The notes beneath the pieces were generated by a model that did not search any database, was not told the DNA's origin, and was given only the letters and a program-made list of their open reading frames with translations. Made by a program: the position numbers and the translations under genes. DNA of 44,392 bases from Alphaproteobacteria bacterium UBA3637 (GTDB lineage: Bacteria; Pseudomonadota; Alphaproteobacteria; CAAHEQ01; UBA3637), in contig DFKU01000055.1 of NCBI GenBank assembly GCA_002373615.1, positions 1,369 to 45,760 on the forward strand, in the 5' to 3' direction. Shown one piece after another: positions 35,857 to 44,373 of this stretch. Each line of letters opens with the position of its first letter. Position 1 is the first letter of the stretch.

Positions 35857-36147
35857 ATGTTAAACAAATTTCAAGCTTATTTAGTGAGTAAAGGTTATAA
35901 AGAATTTAGCGCTAATTCCAATCCAAGTACGGCGATGGACTATTGTTGGCGTATTGGGCGTATTATTGAAAAAGAAGGTATTACATTAGAAGAATTTTCA
36001 AATAATATTCAAAAGTACATGGAATTATATAAACGCAATGGTGAACGGTGGAATCTATCAAAACGTTCCCACGAAAGCTACTATAATGCTATCAAAAACT
36101 TCAGAAAGTTTATATTAGTTCAAAGATTCGGTGGTATCAATGGCTAA
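35857..36147 (+). CDS. Hypothetical protein resembling an integrase N-terminal SAM-like domain
   Basis: 'FQAYL…ST..DY..RI..I' pattern, similar to the N-terminus of 40611-41621. Confidence 0.65.
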   Translation: MLNKFQAYLVSKGYKEFSANSNPSTAMDYCWRIGRIIEKEGITLEEFSNNIQKYMELYKRNGERWNLSKRSHESYYNAIKNFRKFILVQRFGGING

Positions 36148-36337
36148 GTATCCTGATATTACGGTTAAATTAATCGGCCAAGATGGAAATGCCTTTAATA
36201 TTCTTGGTATTTGCAGACGAGCCATGAAACGTGCCAACCTATCAGAATCAGAAATAGAAGCATTTACAGCAGAAGCAACAAGTGGAGATTATAATCATTT
36301 GCTTGCTGTCTGTTGTGAATGGTTTAATGTGGAGTAA
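36140..36337 (+). CDS. Conserved small phage/ICE hypothetical protein
   Basis: 'LIGQDGNAFNILG…RAMKRA…SGDYNHLL' motif. Confidence 0.75.
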   Translation: MAKYPDITVKLIGQDGNAFNILGICRRAMKRANLSESEIEAFTAEATSGDYNHLLAVCCEWFNVE

Positions 36338-36341
36338 GAAT

Positions 36342-36674
36342 ATGGATAAAACAGCAAAGATACGCGAATTGAATGACAGGGCCAGGACTACTTTTAAAAA
36401 TGTGCAAGTGATGTTGGCATTAGGAATTCGTACAAGACCTGAAAAAGAAGTATCTGAAATATTGGAACGTGTTAGAACTTTTAATGAATTCACACCAGCT
36501 AACAATCCATACCTAGAAAATGACTGTGCTTGTTTTGATTATAATGGTGATAGGATTATATGGAAGTTTGACTATTATTCATCTTCTGATATGCAATATG
36601 CTTCCGATGATCCTGCTGACCCAAATAAAACAACCAGAGTACTCACTATTATGGATGCAGCTCAGGATTGGTAA
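36342..36674 (+). CDS. DUF3768-like protein
   Basis: 'IRELNDRAR', 'NNPY.END', 'WKFDYY' and 'DPADPNKTTRVLTIM' motifs. RBS GGAG. Confidence 0.8.
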   Translation: MDKTAKIRELNDRARTTFKNVQVMLALGIRTRPEKEVSEILERVRTFNEFTPANNPYLENDCACFDYNGDRIIWKFDYYSSSDMQYASDDPADPNKTTRVLTIMDAAQDW

Positions 36675-36936
36675 GTTAAATATCACTCCAAATGAAATAA
36701 CCTCTGCTTTTTGGACAGAGGTTGTTTTTTGCTGTAAAATCCCAAATCAGTTTAAATCATCCATGGTGAGCAGTTTTATTTTCACATCCTTCCGATCATT
36801 TTTACCATCCGTTGTGTCCGGTGGCGATTTGGAATGCGTTTATGTGTGTTTTATGAGACTTTTTAAACAGATTCATCCATCATTTACAGGTAGAGCGCTC
36901 CATTACTATATCCCACAAATAGCTAATAAAATTTCT

Positions 36937-37614
36937 TCACTTACCGTCACCAAACCATTCATCTTTTTCAGTCTTACCAAATAATATATTAGAGGGAATA
37001 ATACGATCTGGGTTCATCTTACTGTCTAATGTAATACTCGTCTCTTTGGTGGAATAATAAAAAATAGCATCTTCATAACCTGCATAATCAATCTTTTTAA
37101 TATCCATAACAGATGAGACTTTTTTTCCCTTCATATCAACACCATCCACAGTAGGCAGACCCAATCTTTGACTTCTACACGTTTTAATTGCTGCATTTAT
37201 TATATCTGAATCACTATACTTCCCCTGATTAAATAATATATGATAATGCCAACATCCCAGACCTTTATGATTTTCTGCAAATGTAATAAACGGTATGTAA
37301 TGATGGTTCCAATGACTACCACATAATTGTCTCTCCCAGTTCTTTATTATTCTTTTAAACAAATTCAAAGATACAGTTTCATCATAGCTTCTGTAATTAG
37401 TAGGAAGTTGGATAGATATAAAATGTGTCGGCTTATACCTATCCTTCGTCCAATTCAATATCGCTTTCCTAGCCCTCTTTTGTTGTTCCTGCTGATATAA
37501 ATACCTATCATCTTCTGCAGTCCATTCTAAGCTATCTTTGTACCAGCTGGCTTTTTCATACTGTTTGACCGCTTTCATGACTGCTGTGTAATCCATCTTG
37601 TTTTCTTCTTTCAT
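36937..37614 (-). CDS. Putative HUH endonuclease or replication initiator-like protein
   Basis: Motif order 'THFISI' (1), 'WHYHILF' (2, HUH) and 'YYSTK' (3, YxxK). Confidence 0.55.
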   Translation of the reverse strand: MKEENKMDYTAVMKAVKQYEKASWYKDSLEWTAEDDRYLYQQEQQKRARKAILNWTKDRYKPTHFISIQLPTNYRSYDETVSLNLFKRIIKNWERQLCGSHWNHHYIPFITFAENHKGLGCWHYHILFNQGKYSDSDIINAAIKTCRSQRLGLPTVDGVDMKGKKVSSVMDIKKIDYAGYEDAIFYYSTKETSITLDSKMNPDRIIPSNILFGKTEKDEWFGDGK

Positions 37615-37704
37615 CTTATCAGTCCCTAACTATTACTTTTTTCATATAACGGGTATAACTCTCCTTCATCAGCACAAATAACGTTGCACAATCCGCGATT
37701 TCAA

Positions 37705-37818
37705 TCATATTGCAGCTCCCTTGTCTTCGTTATGGTCAGCGAAATATTTGAGCGTTCCGTTTTGATGAGGATGCCTTTTACTTTTTTCCCGTGCTTTATA
37801 CTTACTTTTCTTTCCATT
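37705..37818 (-). CDS. Putative 37-aa basic peptide, coupled to a 29-aa ORF at 37619-37708
   Basis: GAGGG RBS. The ATGA overlap chains these small ORFs into the HUH gene. Confidence 0.3.
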   Translation of the reverse strand, partial: NGKKSKYKAREKSKRHPHQNGTLKYFADHNEDKGAAI

Positions 37819-37940
37819 AAGACACCCTCATCAATTTACATAGAACACCCAAAATTTTGAAAGTCACCAAATTATTTTTCCAATTATCAAAAATTTTATA
37901 AAAAAACAAACCTCTGCAAAAGTTTACAGAGGTTCATAAT

Positions 37941-39059
37941 TTATCTATTGGCAAAGATTCGATTTACCAAGTTAGGTAAAAGGGCTTCACCGCATATTTC
38001 ACGCAAGAGTTTGTCATTCTTTCTGGCCCATGGTGGAATTGCATCTGTAAAACGTTTATCAACGCCACTTAAAGCAAAAATTTCAGCCACAGAAAAATAT
38101 CTTGCATTATCATAAGTCCCATCTGGTTGCAGATTACCGGGATGAAGTGTCCAATCACCACACAAAGAATCACTTCCTTGTATAATGGTATGTGCCGGTT
38201 TATCCCAGTCATTTCGTCCAGCTACTCCTATATGTGAACCTTGACACAAGCTACCATCAATATTGACAAATTTATATGGTGGTGGATTATTAATAGCCGC
38301 ACAACCTGTCGCTGTATGTCTAATACATTCAGCTTGTAATGGGTTGATGTAGCCAATCCGATGGAATTCACTATTTGGATCAAACTGATTTGATTCAAGC
38401 GTTATGAATTTTCCATTACCAATCACATCACGAATAACTAAATCCTTTTCATCTGGTGCAGGAAATTCCCAACGTCTACCTCTTTGAGTAAGCACAATTC
38501 CACGTTCCCGCGATTGAGCTGTCCCATAGTGACAAGCATTAATTTTACTCGCATTCACATCATGTCCAAGAGAATTCATAATCATTGTAATATGTTGTAA
38601 AATTGTCGCCCCATTTAATCGGTCCGTGATAATTTTATCTTGATTTGGACTGATGAAATATGGTGCGTTTTCCCAAAAGGTAAAATCTAAAACCGCATCC
38701 TTTCGTTTTGCAATCGCCTGACACAATTCCAAAGCAGCTAAAAATAACCACGTTTCATAATCACCCAAATGTTGTCCACCAGCCAAAGAAAATGGCTGAC
38801 ATGGCAAAGTAAATAAAATCCCTCTCAGGTGTCGTTCAACATAAAGATCAACTAACTCTGGAATGTGTTTAGCAAAGTCAAACAGGCAAGTTTTACAGGC
38901 ATCCTGTCTATCATAAATAGCACGGTGGAGCAAATATCTTTCTGGCAAAATTTCTACTGCTGCTGACACATTATAGCCAACATCATGCAGCTTACTTGAC
39001 CCCACCCCTGAACTGCATGCGATAAACATGCAGTTCTGATAATTATGTGGATTAAACAT
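37941..39059 (-). CDS. C5-cytosine DNA methyltransferase
   Basis: Variant motif I 'ACSSGVG', 'AVE', 'LPCQPFSLAG', 'WENAP', 'QSRER' and motif X 'GEALLP'. Start at ATG 39059 behind GGAGG. Confidence 0.88.
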   Translation of the reverse strand: MFNPHNYQNCMFIACSSGVGSSKLHDVGYNVSAAVEILPERYLLHRAIYDRQDACKTCLFDFAKHIPELVDLYVERHLRGILFTLPCQPFSLAGGQHLGDYETWLFLAALELCQAIAKRKDAVLDFTFWENAPYFISPNQDKIITDRLNGATILQHITMIMNSLGHDVNASKINACHYGTAQSRERGIVLTQRGRRWEFPAPDEKDLVIRDVIGNGKFITLESNQFDPNSEFHRIGYINPLQAECIRHTATGCAAINNPPPYKFVNIDGSLCQGSHIGVAGRNDWDKPAHTIIQGSDSLCGDWTLHPGNLQPDGTYDNARYFSVAEIFALSGVDKRFTDAIPPWARKNDKLLREICGEALLPNLVNRIFANR

Positions 39060-40437
39060 TGTCAGCCTCCCGAGGATCAAAAACAAACCATTGGTCGCTG
39101 AATTGACGCGTGGAAAACACTTCCAAGTACGCACCACCAGGAATTAAAGCTTCCAAACTGGAATAATAATAGTCCGGTAAATACTCATTTTCTTCGGCCT
39201 GTGCGTCAAAAGAGATGGATTGCAACCTTGTATAATCAATGGGTTTATCTGGACAGCCTTTTACAGCCACTAAAATATTCGTATGGATATTTACCGACCA
39301 AACATATCCCGCCTTAACTTTATTGCGTTGCCACACCACATTATCAACATATTCCAAGCCCCAAGATTTAATCAAAGCCAATGCCTTATGCAATTCTTTA
39401 GGCAACACAGCCACCAAAACAAGTGCGTTTTCGGCTAATGGTAAAGTCATTTTCGCAGGATCAAACTTATCTGGCACCTGTGTCAAATCCACAATCGCAC
39501 CATTATACAGTTGAGCCATATCTGCCTTTTGTGGATTTTCAACCAATGTCGCATAAAATTTATTCTTTGCTTCAGTGGCAGCCATCTTTTTAGCTTCCTT
39601 ACACTTTTCTTCATACTGTTTTTTCAAAGTATCAATGGTATGACGTGTGATTGAACGATTTTTTTTCAAAGCCCACTTACAAGCACGCTTGACCCAAATT
39701 TCATCCAATTTTAAAATCGCATCAATGTCATAACGTTCAAAACCATACAGATATTTAAGAAGTACCGCCCTTGATGGCAGCCCCTTTCCTGGATGAACCC
39801 CCATTCGTTTGGGAATAGCCTCTAACGCAGGCTTAAGTGCCAAATCATACCACAACTGTTGAAGGGATGCTTTAATACTTTTTTTATTTCCAGAACTGTA
39901 CACAGATGGTGGAACAGCTTTTATAACGTCTGTTAACCCATATTCTGAAACAGCTCTGTCAATCAGCGCCTGTGTAAAAACAATAGCGTTGTCTTCTTGC
40001 GGATTTGAAACAGGTAATTCAGAATACATTGGAAGAATATCCCCAGCCAAAACATTGGTTGGATCAGGAAATGGTGAGGCATTTTCTGCCTTATCCACTT
40101 CTTCTTTTGTTTCTGGTTCCATCCCCAAAGCAGCTTCATCTGCTGGTTTTGGGGGTTTAGCATTATCATTAGCCATTTCGGCTTTTGATAAATCAGCCAC
40201 GATAGCTTCATCCATTTTTACAACTTTATATTCAGCTTCCAAAACAATGCCTTCAAGACTTTTAGCAGTGTTATCATTACAGGAAGTCGGCAAATTTTCT
40301 GGTGGAAGAATTTCTGTAACTGGACTGGACACAACAGTATCACTTTCCATCACATTAACATCTGATCCAGCAACCATTTGCAAAGGTTGGTGGTTACAAT
40401 TAGTGGCCGCAACCAAGCCCTTATTTAAATCAGTCAT
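39052..40437 (-). CDS. Protein with a disordered N-terminus and a degenerate C-terminal MT-A70-like domain
   Basis: 'LP.AENALV…ALALIKSWGLEY…VVW.R…GY.W…H…LVAVKG…P…YLEVFS' follows the MT-A70 motif order, but there is no DPPW. Confidence 0.7.
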   Translation of the reverse strand: MTDLNKGLVAATNCNHQPLQMVAGSDVNVMESDTVVSSPVTEILPPENLPTSCNDNTAKSLEGIVLEAEYKVVKMDEAIVADLSKAEMANDNAKPPKPADEAALGMEPETKEEVDKAENASPFPDPTNVLAGDILPMYSELPVSNPQEDNAIVFTQALIDRAVSEYGLTDVIKAVPPSVYSSGNKKSIKASLQQLWYDLALKPALEAIPKRMGVHPGKGLPSRAVLLKYLYGFERYDIDAILKLDEIWVKRACKWALKKNRSITRHTIDTLKKQYEEKCKEAKKMAATEAKNKFYATLVENPQKADMAQLYNGAIVDLTQVPDKFDPAKMTLPLAENALVLVAVLPKELHKALALIKSWGLEYVDNVVWQRNKVKAGYVWSVNIHTNILVAVKGCPDKPIDYTRLQSISFDAQAEENEYLPDYYYSSLEALIPGGAYLEVFSTRQFSDQWFVFDPREADNV

Positions 40438-40610
40438 TTTAAAAACCTTTCACAACTGATAGTTTTCACGTGCCTTTGTCTGCACCCCAACTTTCGCTGG
40501 TACCAAACATATGGGATATAATATGCTATTCCGCAATCTAGTATATTGTATTTATGAGCCAGATATAAATATAAAATAATAAATTAATATATTGATATTA
40601 TTATGTTTTA

Positions 40611-41621
40611 TTAAAATTTTGCAGTTTTTTTCTTGTTATATTGGCGAGCTTCGTTTAATACATCTGGCGGATAGAAAATTATCTTTCTGTCTGATATGGT
40701 GATATGCGCAATCTTTTTTCTCTTGCGTTTAAGTATGTCTTTTGTCCAACCCGTTTCTTTAAGAACACGTTTAGTTGTCCACCATTCTTCCTCTTCCGGG
40801 CCTTCTTTCTTTTTTGATGCTTGAAAGTTATTTTTCACCCATCCATTGAGTTCGGACACAGAATACTTACCTGTTGAATCTGGTTTTATAGGAATAGCCA
40901 TGCCTCTTGATGCCTTTCCAAATAATTCCCTTATCCAATCAGCTCCACAATGCCCTGTATTTGGTTCTAGCTGTGGAGGTCTCCTATTTGTACCTCCACG
41001 AACTATGAATCTGAATATCGGTTTGGTTGTTTCTTGTCTTAGATCATCCAGTTGATTTTGTACATCTCTTATTTTGGAATAGTCAAAACCATATTGTTCA
41101 GCTTTTTGTAATGTTAACCAGTCACACAAAAACTGATAAAATTTTCTGACTGCTTTTCTTTCATTGTTTGCAACTGCTTTTTGGATGTTCAATTTTAAAG
41201 TAATTTCATTGCAAAAGCTTGGCAAAACGAACTCACGAATTGATAAGTATTCATCTAAGATCTTACCATCCGAATACTGTGTTTGCACCATAAAATAATT
41301 TTGCGCTTTTCTGTCGGCTGTGGACATATTATTCAAAAATGAGGTTAGGAATTCTTTGATACAACTTGGGCTGTTCAAATTAACTTCAAAAAAACCTTTC
41401 CTACATAAAACCAAGAATCCTAAAATTGGATAAATATGTTGAGCTAACCATTTCCATGAATCATTATCATGTTTTAATAGGATAATATCACAAACTTTAT
41501 CAATATGGCGGATATATTCATATACAGTTCCAGCTCTTCCTGTTCTTGTCTTTTCAGAAAGTCCTTGTCTTACCAACCAATCATGAAAACTTTGTCTTAA
41601 ATCTGTTTGTGTTTGTTTCAT
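40611..41621 (-). CDS. Putative DNA-binding protein (SAM-like N-terminus, excisionase-like HTH C-terminus)
   Basis: N-terminal 'FHDWL…TVYEYIRHI' and C-terminal 'WWTTKRVLKETGWTKDILKR'. Lies directly downstream of int. Confidence 0.55.
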   Translation of the reverse strand: MKQTQTDLRQSFHDWLVRQGLSEKTRTGRAGTVYEYIRHIDKVCDIILLKHDNDSWKWLAQHIYPILGFLVLCRKGFFEVNLNSPSCIKEFLTSFLNNMSTADRKAQNYFMVQTQYSDGKILDEYLSIREFVLPSFCNEITLKLNIQKAVANNERKAVRKFYQFLCDWLTLQKAEQYGFDYSKIRDVQNQLDDLRQETTKPIFRFIVRGGTNRRPPQLEPNTGHCGADWIRELFGKASRGMAIPIKPDSTGKYSVSELNGWVKNNFQASKKKEGPEEEEWWTTKRVLKETGWTKDILKRKRKKIAHITISDRKIIFYPPDVLNEARQYNKKKTAKF

Positions 41622-41761
41622 GATTTACATTATACTGCACGCTGACAAAAAATACAATGAAATTTTGACAACCTTTGCAAAACTTCTCAGAGGTTTACGA
41701 TGCAATCCTACTGATAAACACCCTTTAAAGTCAACTGAAGTATATATAAAGAGGCGCCAAA

Positions 41762-43456
41762 TCAGGACTTTTTTGCCATAATTGTTTTCCACATTGCAAA
41801 GTGAGGCTTTAAAAAATCATATTCAAACTTATCCATTTCAGCTTTTATTTCGGCAAGCCCATGATTTGAATAATGTTTATCCATAATATTTTGGCCTTCC
41901 CATCCTATGATATTAAAGATAAAGGAATTTGGAATGCGGGCAGCTTGCATAATTAAACTGGCATTTTTACGAAAAGAATGAAAATCATATCCATCCTTTG
42001 CTTTTCCCTTGATACCCACAGTCATTAAAAACTTTGAAAAGGTACGCACAAAATATTTATTATTGTACTGTCCTGATTTAGTCTTACATTTTGGAAAAAT
42101 AAAATCTGTCCCCATTGCTTTAAGTTTTAATTGTTTTCGTCTAACATAATCCACAAAGCCTAAATCAAGCAATTGATCATGAATGGGTACATAACGTTCA
42201 GAAGCTTCATTTTTTAGCTGCTTTAATGGATGATTTTCTATAAAGTGAATACAATCCAAGCCTTCCTGCTTCGTCACATCATCATATTGTAAAGTGAAAG
42301 CTGCATTTTGTCTGGCACCTGTAAATAAAGCAACCATACACATCCAAAAACAATCTGGTTCATTTTTAAAAAAGTCATACTTTGGATCAAACATCATCAA
42401 AAGTTGATCCTTAGAATAAGGTAAATGTGAATTCTTATCTGCTTTCTTTGTCTTTTCAATATTGGGTAAATTTGCAATCACATTTAATTTATAAAAATCA
42501 GGTTCAATATTTGAAGCACAAGTTACGAATTCCTTGAGATACCTTAAATGCTTGCGTTTGTTATCCCCTTTTATATCTGTCCTATCTTTTACGAAGGTAG
42601 CAATTTTTTCAATAATAACAGGGTGATGAAATTTTGAATAATCATCCATCACAGTCAATCCCACTTTGGATAAAAGCATTTGTAAAATATTGCTTTTTCT
42701 GGTTTGTTCAGCTTGACAATTACCCCCCTTCAGCAACATAGAATTCAAAATTTCACCAATCAAATGTGGCGGTGGTCCTTGTAGTTGTTGAGATTTTACT
42801 TCTTTTAATTGTTGTTGCAAGGGTTCAATTGCTTGCGTGATTGTTGATTGAAGTGTAAGGCCTAACTGATTTAAAAATTGTTTTTGATTTGCCTGAATAA
42901 TGTTTAAAATGCGCTGATCTTCTTTTGAAAGTTGATTTTTGCTGGCTTTTACACGCTGATAAAGATTCCAAACTTTTTCCAGTAAAGACTTTGGATTTAA
43001 GGAAGAGAGAGTTTTAATAACTTGAACGTCAATCGTTTTGGTCTGATAAATTGCAATAGAGGGATCCGAAGAAGAAGGTTGATATGAAAAAGGATCTGGT
43101 TCTATAAAATCCAACTGTTTAAACAACTCATGCAATTCTTGAAGATCTTTAGCTAATTGTTTTTGTTTATCCATCAAAGTCCTCGCTTCATAATAATCAC
43201 TGGTGTGAAGAGAAAAACGTTTATATCTTCTTTTGCCATTCACACGTGGTAATTCCATTCTACAATAAAAAACATTATTTCGCAACCACAAAAATGGTGC
43301 GGGCGCTTGTGTTTTTGCATCACAGTTTGCATCACACTTTTTGAAGGGGTGTGATTCAATGGGTGGCTTTGATATTCCTTTGTTTTGTAAGTTATTGATA
43401 TGATTAGATTTTTCAAAAACAAAAGAGTCCAACATCTGTTGTAAAACTCTTTTCAT
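41762..43456 (-). CDS. int: Tyrosine recombinase/integrase
   Basis: Catalytic set 'TGAR', 'LKN', 'FHSFR', 'IIGW' and 'KHY', with an N-terminal 'LWLRNNVFYCR' arm-binding-like domain. Exact start uncertain. Confidence 0.92.
   Translation of the reverse strand: MKRVLQQMLDSFVFEKSNHINNLQNKGISKPPIESHPFKKCDANCDAKTQAPAPFLWLRNNVFYCRMELPRVNGKRRYKRFSLHTSDYYEARTLMDKQKQLAKDLQELHELFKQLDFIEPDPFSYQPSSSDPSIAIYQTKTIDVQVIKTLSSLNPKSLLEKVWNLYQRVKASKNQLSKEDQRILNIIQANQKQFLNQLGLTLQSTITQAIEPLQQQLKEVKSQQLQGPPPHLIGEILNSMLLKGGNCQAEQTRKSNILQMLLSKVGLTVMDDYSKFHHPVIIEKIATFVKDRTDIKGDNKRKHLRYLKEFVTCASNIEPDFYKLNVIANLPNIEKTKKADKNSHLPYSKDQLLMMFDPKYDFFKNEPDCFWMCMVALFTGARQNAAFTLQYDDVTKQEGLDCIHFIENHPLKQLKNEASERYVPIHDQLLDLGFVDYVRRKQLKLKAMGTDFIFPKCKTKSGQYNNKYFVRTFSKFLMTVGIKGKAKDGYDFHSFRKNASLIMQAARIPNSFIFNIIGWEGQNIMDKHYSNHGLAEIKAEMDKFEYDFLKPHFAMWKTIMAKKS
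43316..43401. promoter_or_regulatory. Putative arm-type sites and IHF box next to the tRNA-proximal att
   Basis: TGCATCACAG, TGCATCACACTTTTT and inverted GGTGTGATTCA. Minus-strand TATCAATAACTTA fits WATCAANNNNTTR. Confidence 0.55.
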
Positions 43457-43484
43457 AAGTGCTTGAAAAACAAGGGGTTTGATT

Positions 43485-43567
43485 TGGTGCGGGCGAAAGG
43501 ACTTGAACCTTCACGCTTGAGGCATTGGCTTCTAAGACCAACGTGTCTACCATTCCACCACGCCCGC
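43485..43567 (-). tRNA. tRNA-Leu (anticodon TAG)
   Basis: GCGGGCG/CGCCCGC acceptor stem, TTGGT-CTTAGAA-GCCAA anticodon arm, variable arm, GGTTCAAGTCC and CCA. Confidence 0.96.
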
Positions 43568-43611
43568 ATGTAAGAGGGATTATAGCAGAGGTTTCAAAAA
43601 AATTCAAGCAC

Positions 43612-43643
43612 AAAAAAACCCATTCCAAACGAATGGGTTTTTT
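43612..43643 (-). terminator. Terminator of rplU-rpmA
   Basis: AAAAAACCCATTC-caaac-GAATGGGTTTTTT, a bidirectional-looking hairpin. Confidence 0.8.
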
Positions 43644-43656
43644 AAAAAATAATACA

Positions 43657-43911
43657 TTATTTTGTTACAACTGAAACATAGGTACGATTCTTGACAGAAT
43701 GTTTAAATTCCACCACACCATCAGCTGTCGCATAAATCGTATGGTCTGTTCCCATACCAACATTTTCACCAGGATAGTACTGTGTACCACGTTGACGGAT
43801 AATGATATTCCCGGCAACAACAGCTTGACCACCTGATTTTTTAAGACCTAACCGACGACCAGCAGAGTCTTGTGAGTTTTTAACGGAACCGCCCGCTTTT
43901 TTATGAGCCAT
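43657..43911 (-). CDS. rpmA: 50S ribosomal protein L27
   Basis: 'MAHKKAGGS…DS.GRRLG.K…[10 protein letters not shown]'. Confidence 0.98.
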   Translation of the reverse strand: MAHKKAGGSVKNSQDSAGRRLGLKKSGGQAVVAGNIIIRQRGTQYYPGENVGMGTDHTIYATADGVVEFKHSVKNRTYVSVVTK

Positions 43912-43923
43912 TTTTAATTCTCC

Positions 43924-44223
43924 TTAAGCTTTAATATCCACAATCTTAATCAAGGTCAGTTGTTGACGATGACCATTTTTCCGTTTATAGCCATGACGAC
44001 GGCGTTTTTTGAACACTAACACCTTTTCATCACGTACTTGACGAATGATTTCTGCAGAAACGGAAGCACCTTTCACGGTCGGTGTGCCCACTTTCCCATC
44101 AGCCATTAACACTTCATCAATAGTAATTTTATCACCGGATTTACCTTCTAATTTATCAACAGCCAATACATCGTCTTTTTGAACTTTGAATTGCTTTCCG
44201 CCTGTTTTAATAATAGCAAACAT
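43924..44223 (-). CDS. rplU: 50S ribosomal protein L21
   Basis: 'MFAIIKTGGKQFKV…GHRQ'. True start at ATG 44223 behind AAAGGA. Confidence 0.97.
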   Translation of the reverse strand: MFAIIKTGGKQFKVQKDDVLAVDKLEGKSGDKITIDEVLMADGKVGTPTVKGASVSAEIIRQVRDEKVLVFKKRRRHGYKRKNGHRQQLTLIKIVDIKA

Positions 44224-44331
44224 CTTTAATCCTTTTCTTAAAATGAAACTATAGAGCGTATTTATACAGTATTTTAATGCATTTGTCAAGTAAAAAATGG
44301 TGGCTTTTTTATATTTTTTGTAAAAAAGGAC

Positions 44332-44360
44332 TTGCATTTTGAAAAAAAGGTTGCTATAAT
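44332..44360 (+). promoter_or_regulatory. Sigma70 promoter of the downstream tRNA
   Basis: TTGCAT-17-TATAAT with an extended TG. Confidence 0.7.
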
Positions 44361-44373
44361 GGGTGACACTGAC

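Larger units (their letters stand above)
25834..43500. mobile_element. Integrative genomic island (~17.7 kb) inserted at the 3' end of tRNA-Leu(TAG)
   Basis: 19-bp direct repeat ATTTGGTGCGGGCGAAAGG at 25834-25852 and 43482-43500, a tyrosine integrase next to the tRNA, and accessory cargo. Confidence 0.93.

Noticed and set aside
36755-36885. CATCC words as replication iterons
   Set aside because: They are only 5-bp matches with irregular spacing, too weak to call as a feature. Mentioned only as context for the HUH gene.
26185-40437. Complete restriction-modification system in the island
   Set aside because: No intact restriction endonuclease is recognisable. The only nuclease-like gene (Mrr) is frameshifted and truncated.
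43413-43628. 71-aa ORF spanning the tRNA
   Set aside because: It overlaps a clear tRNA-Leu gene and the rpmA terminator.
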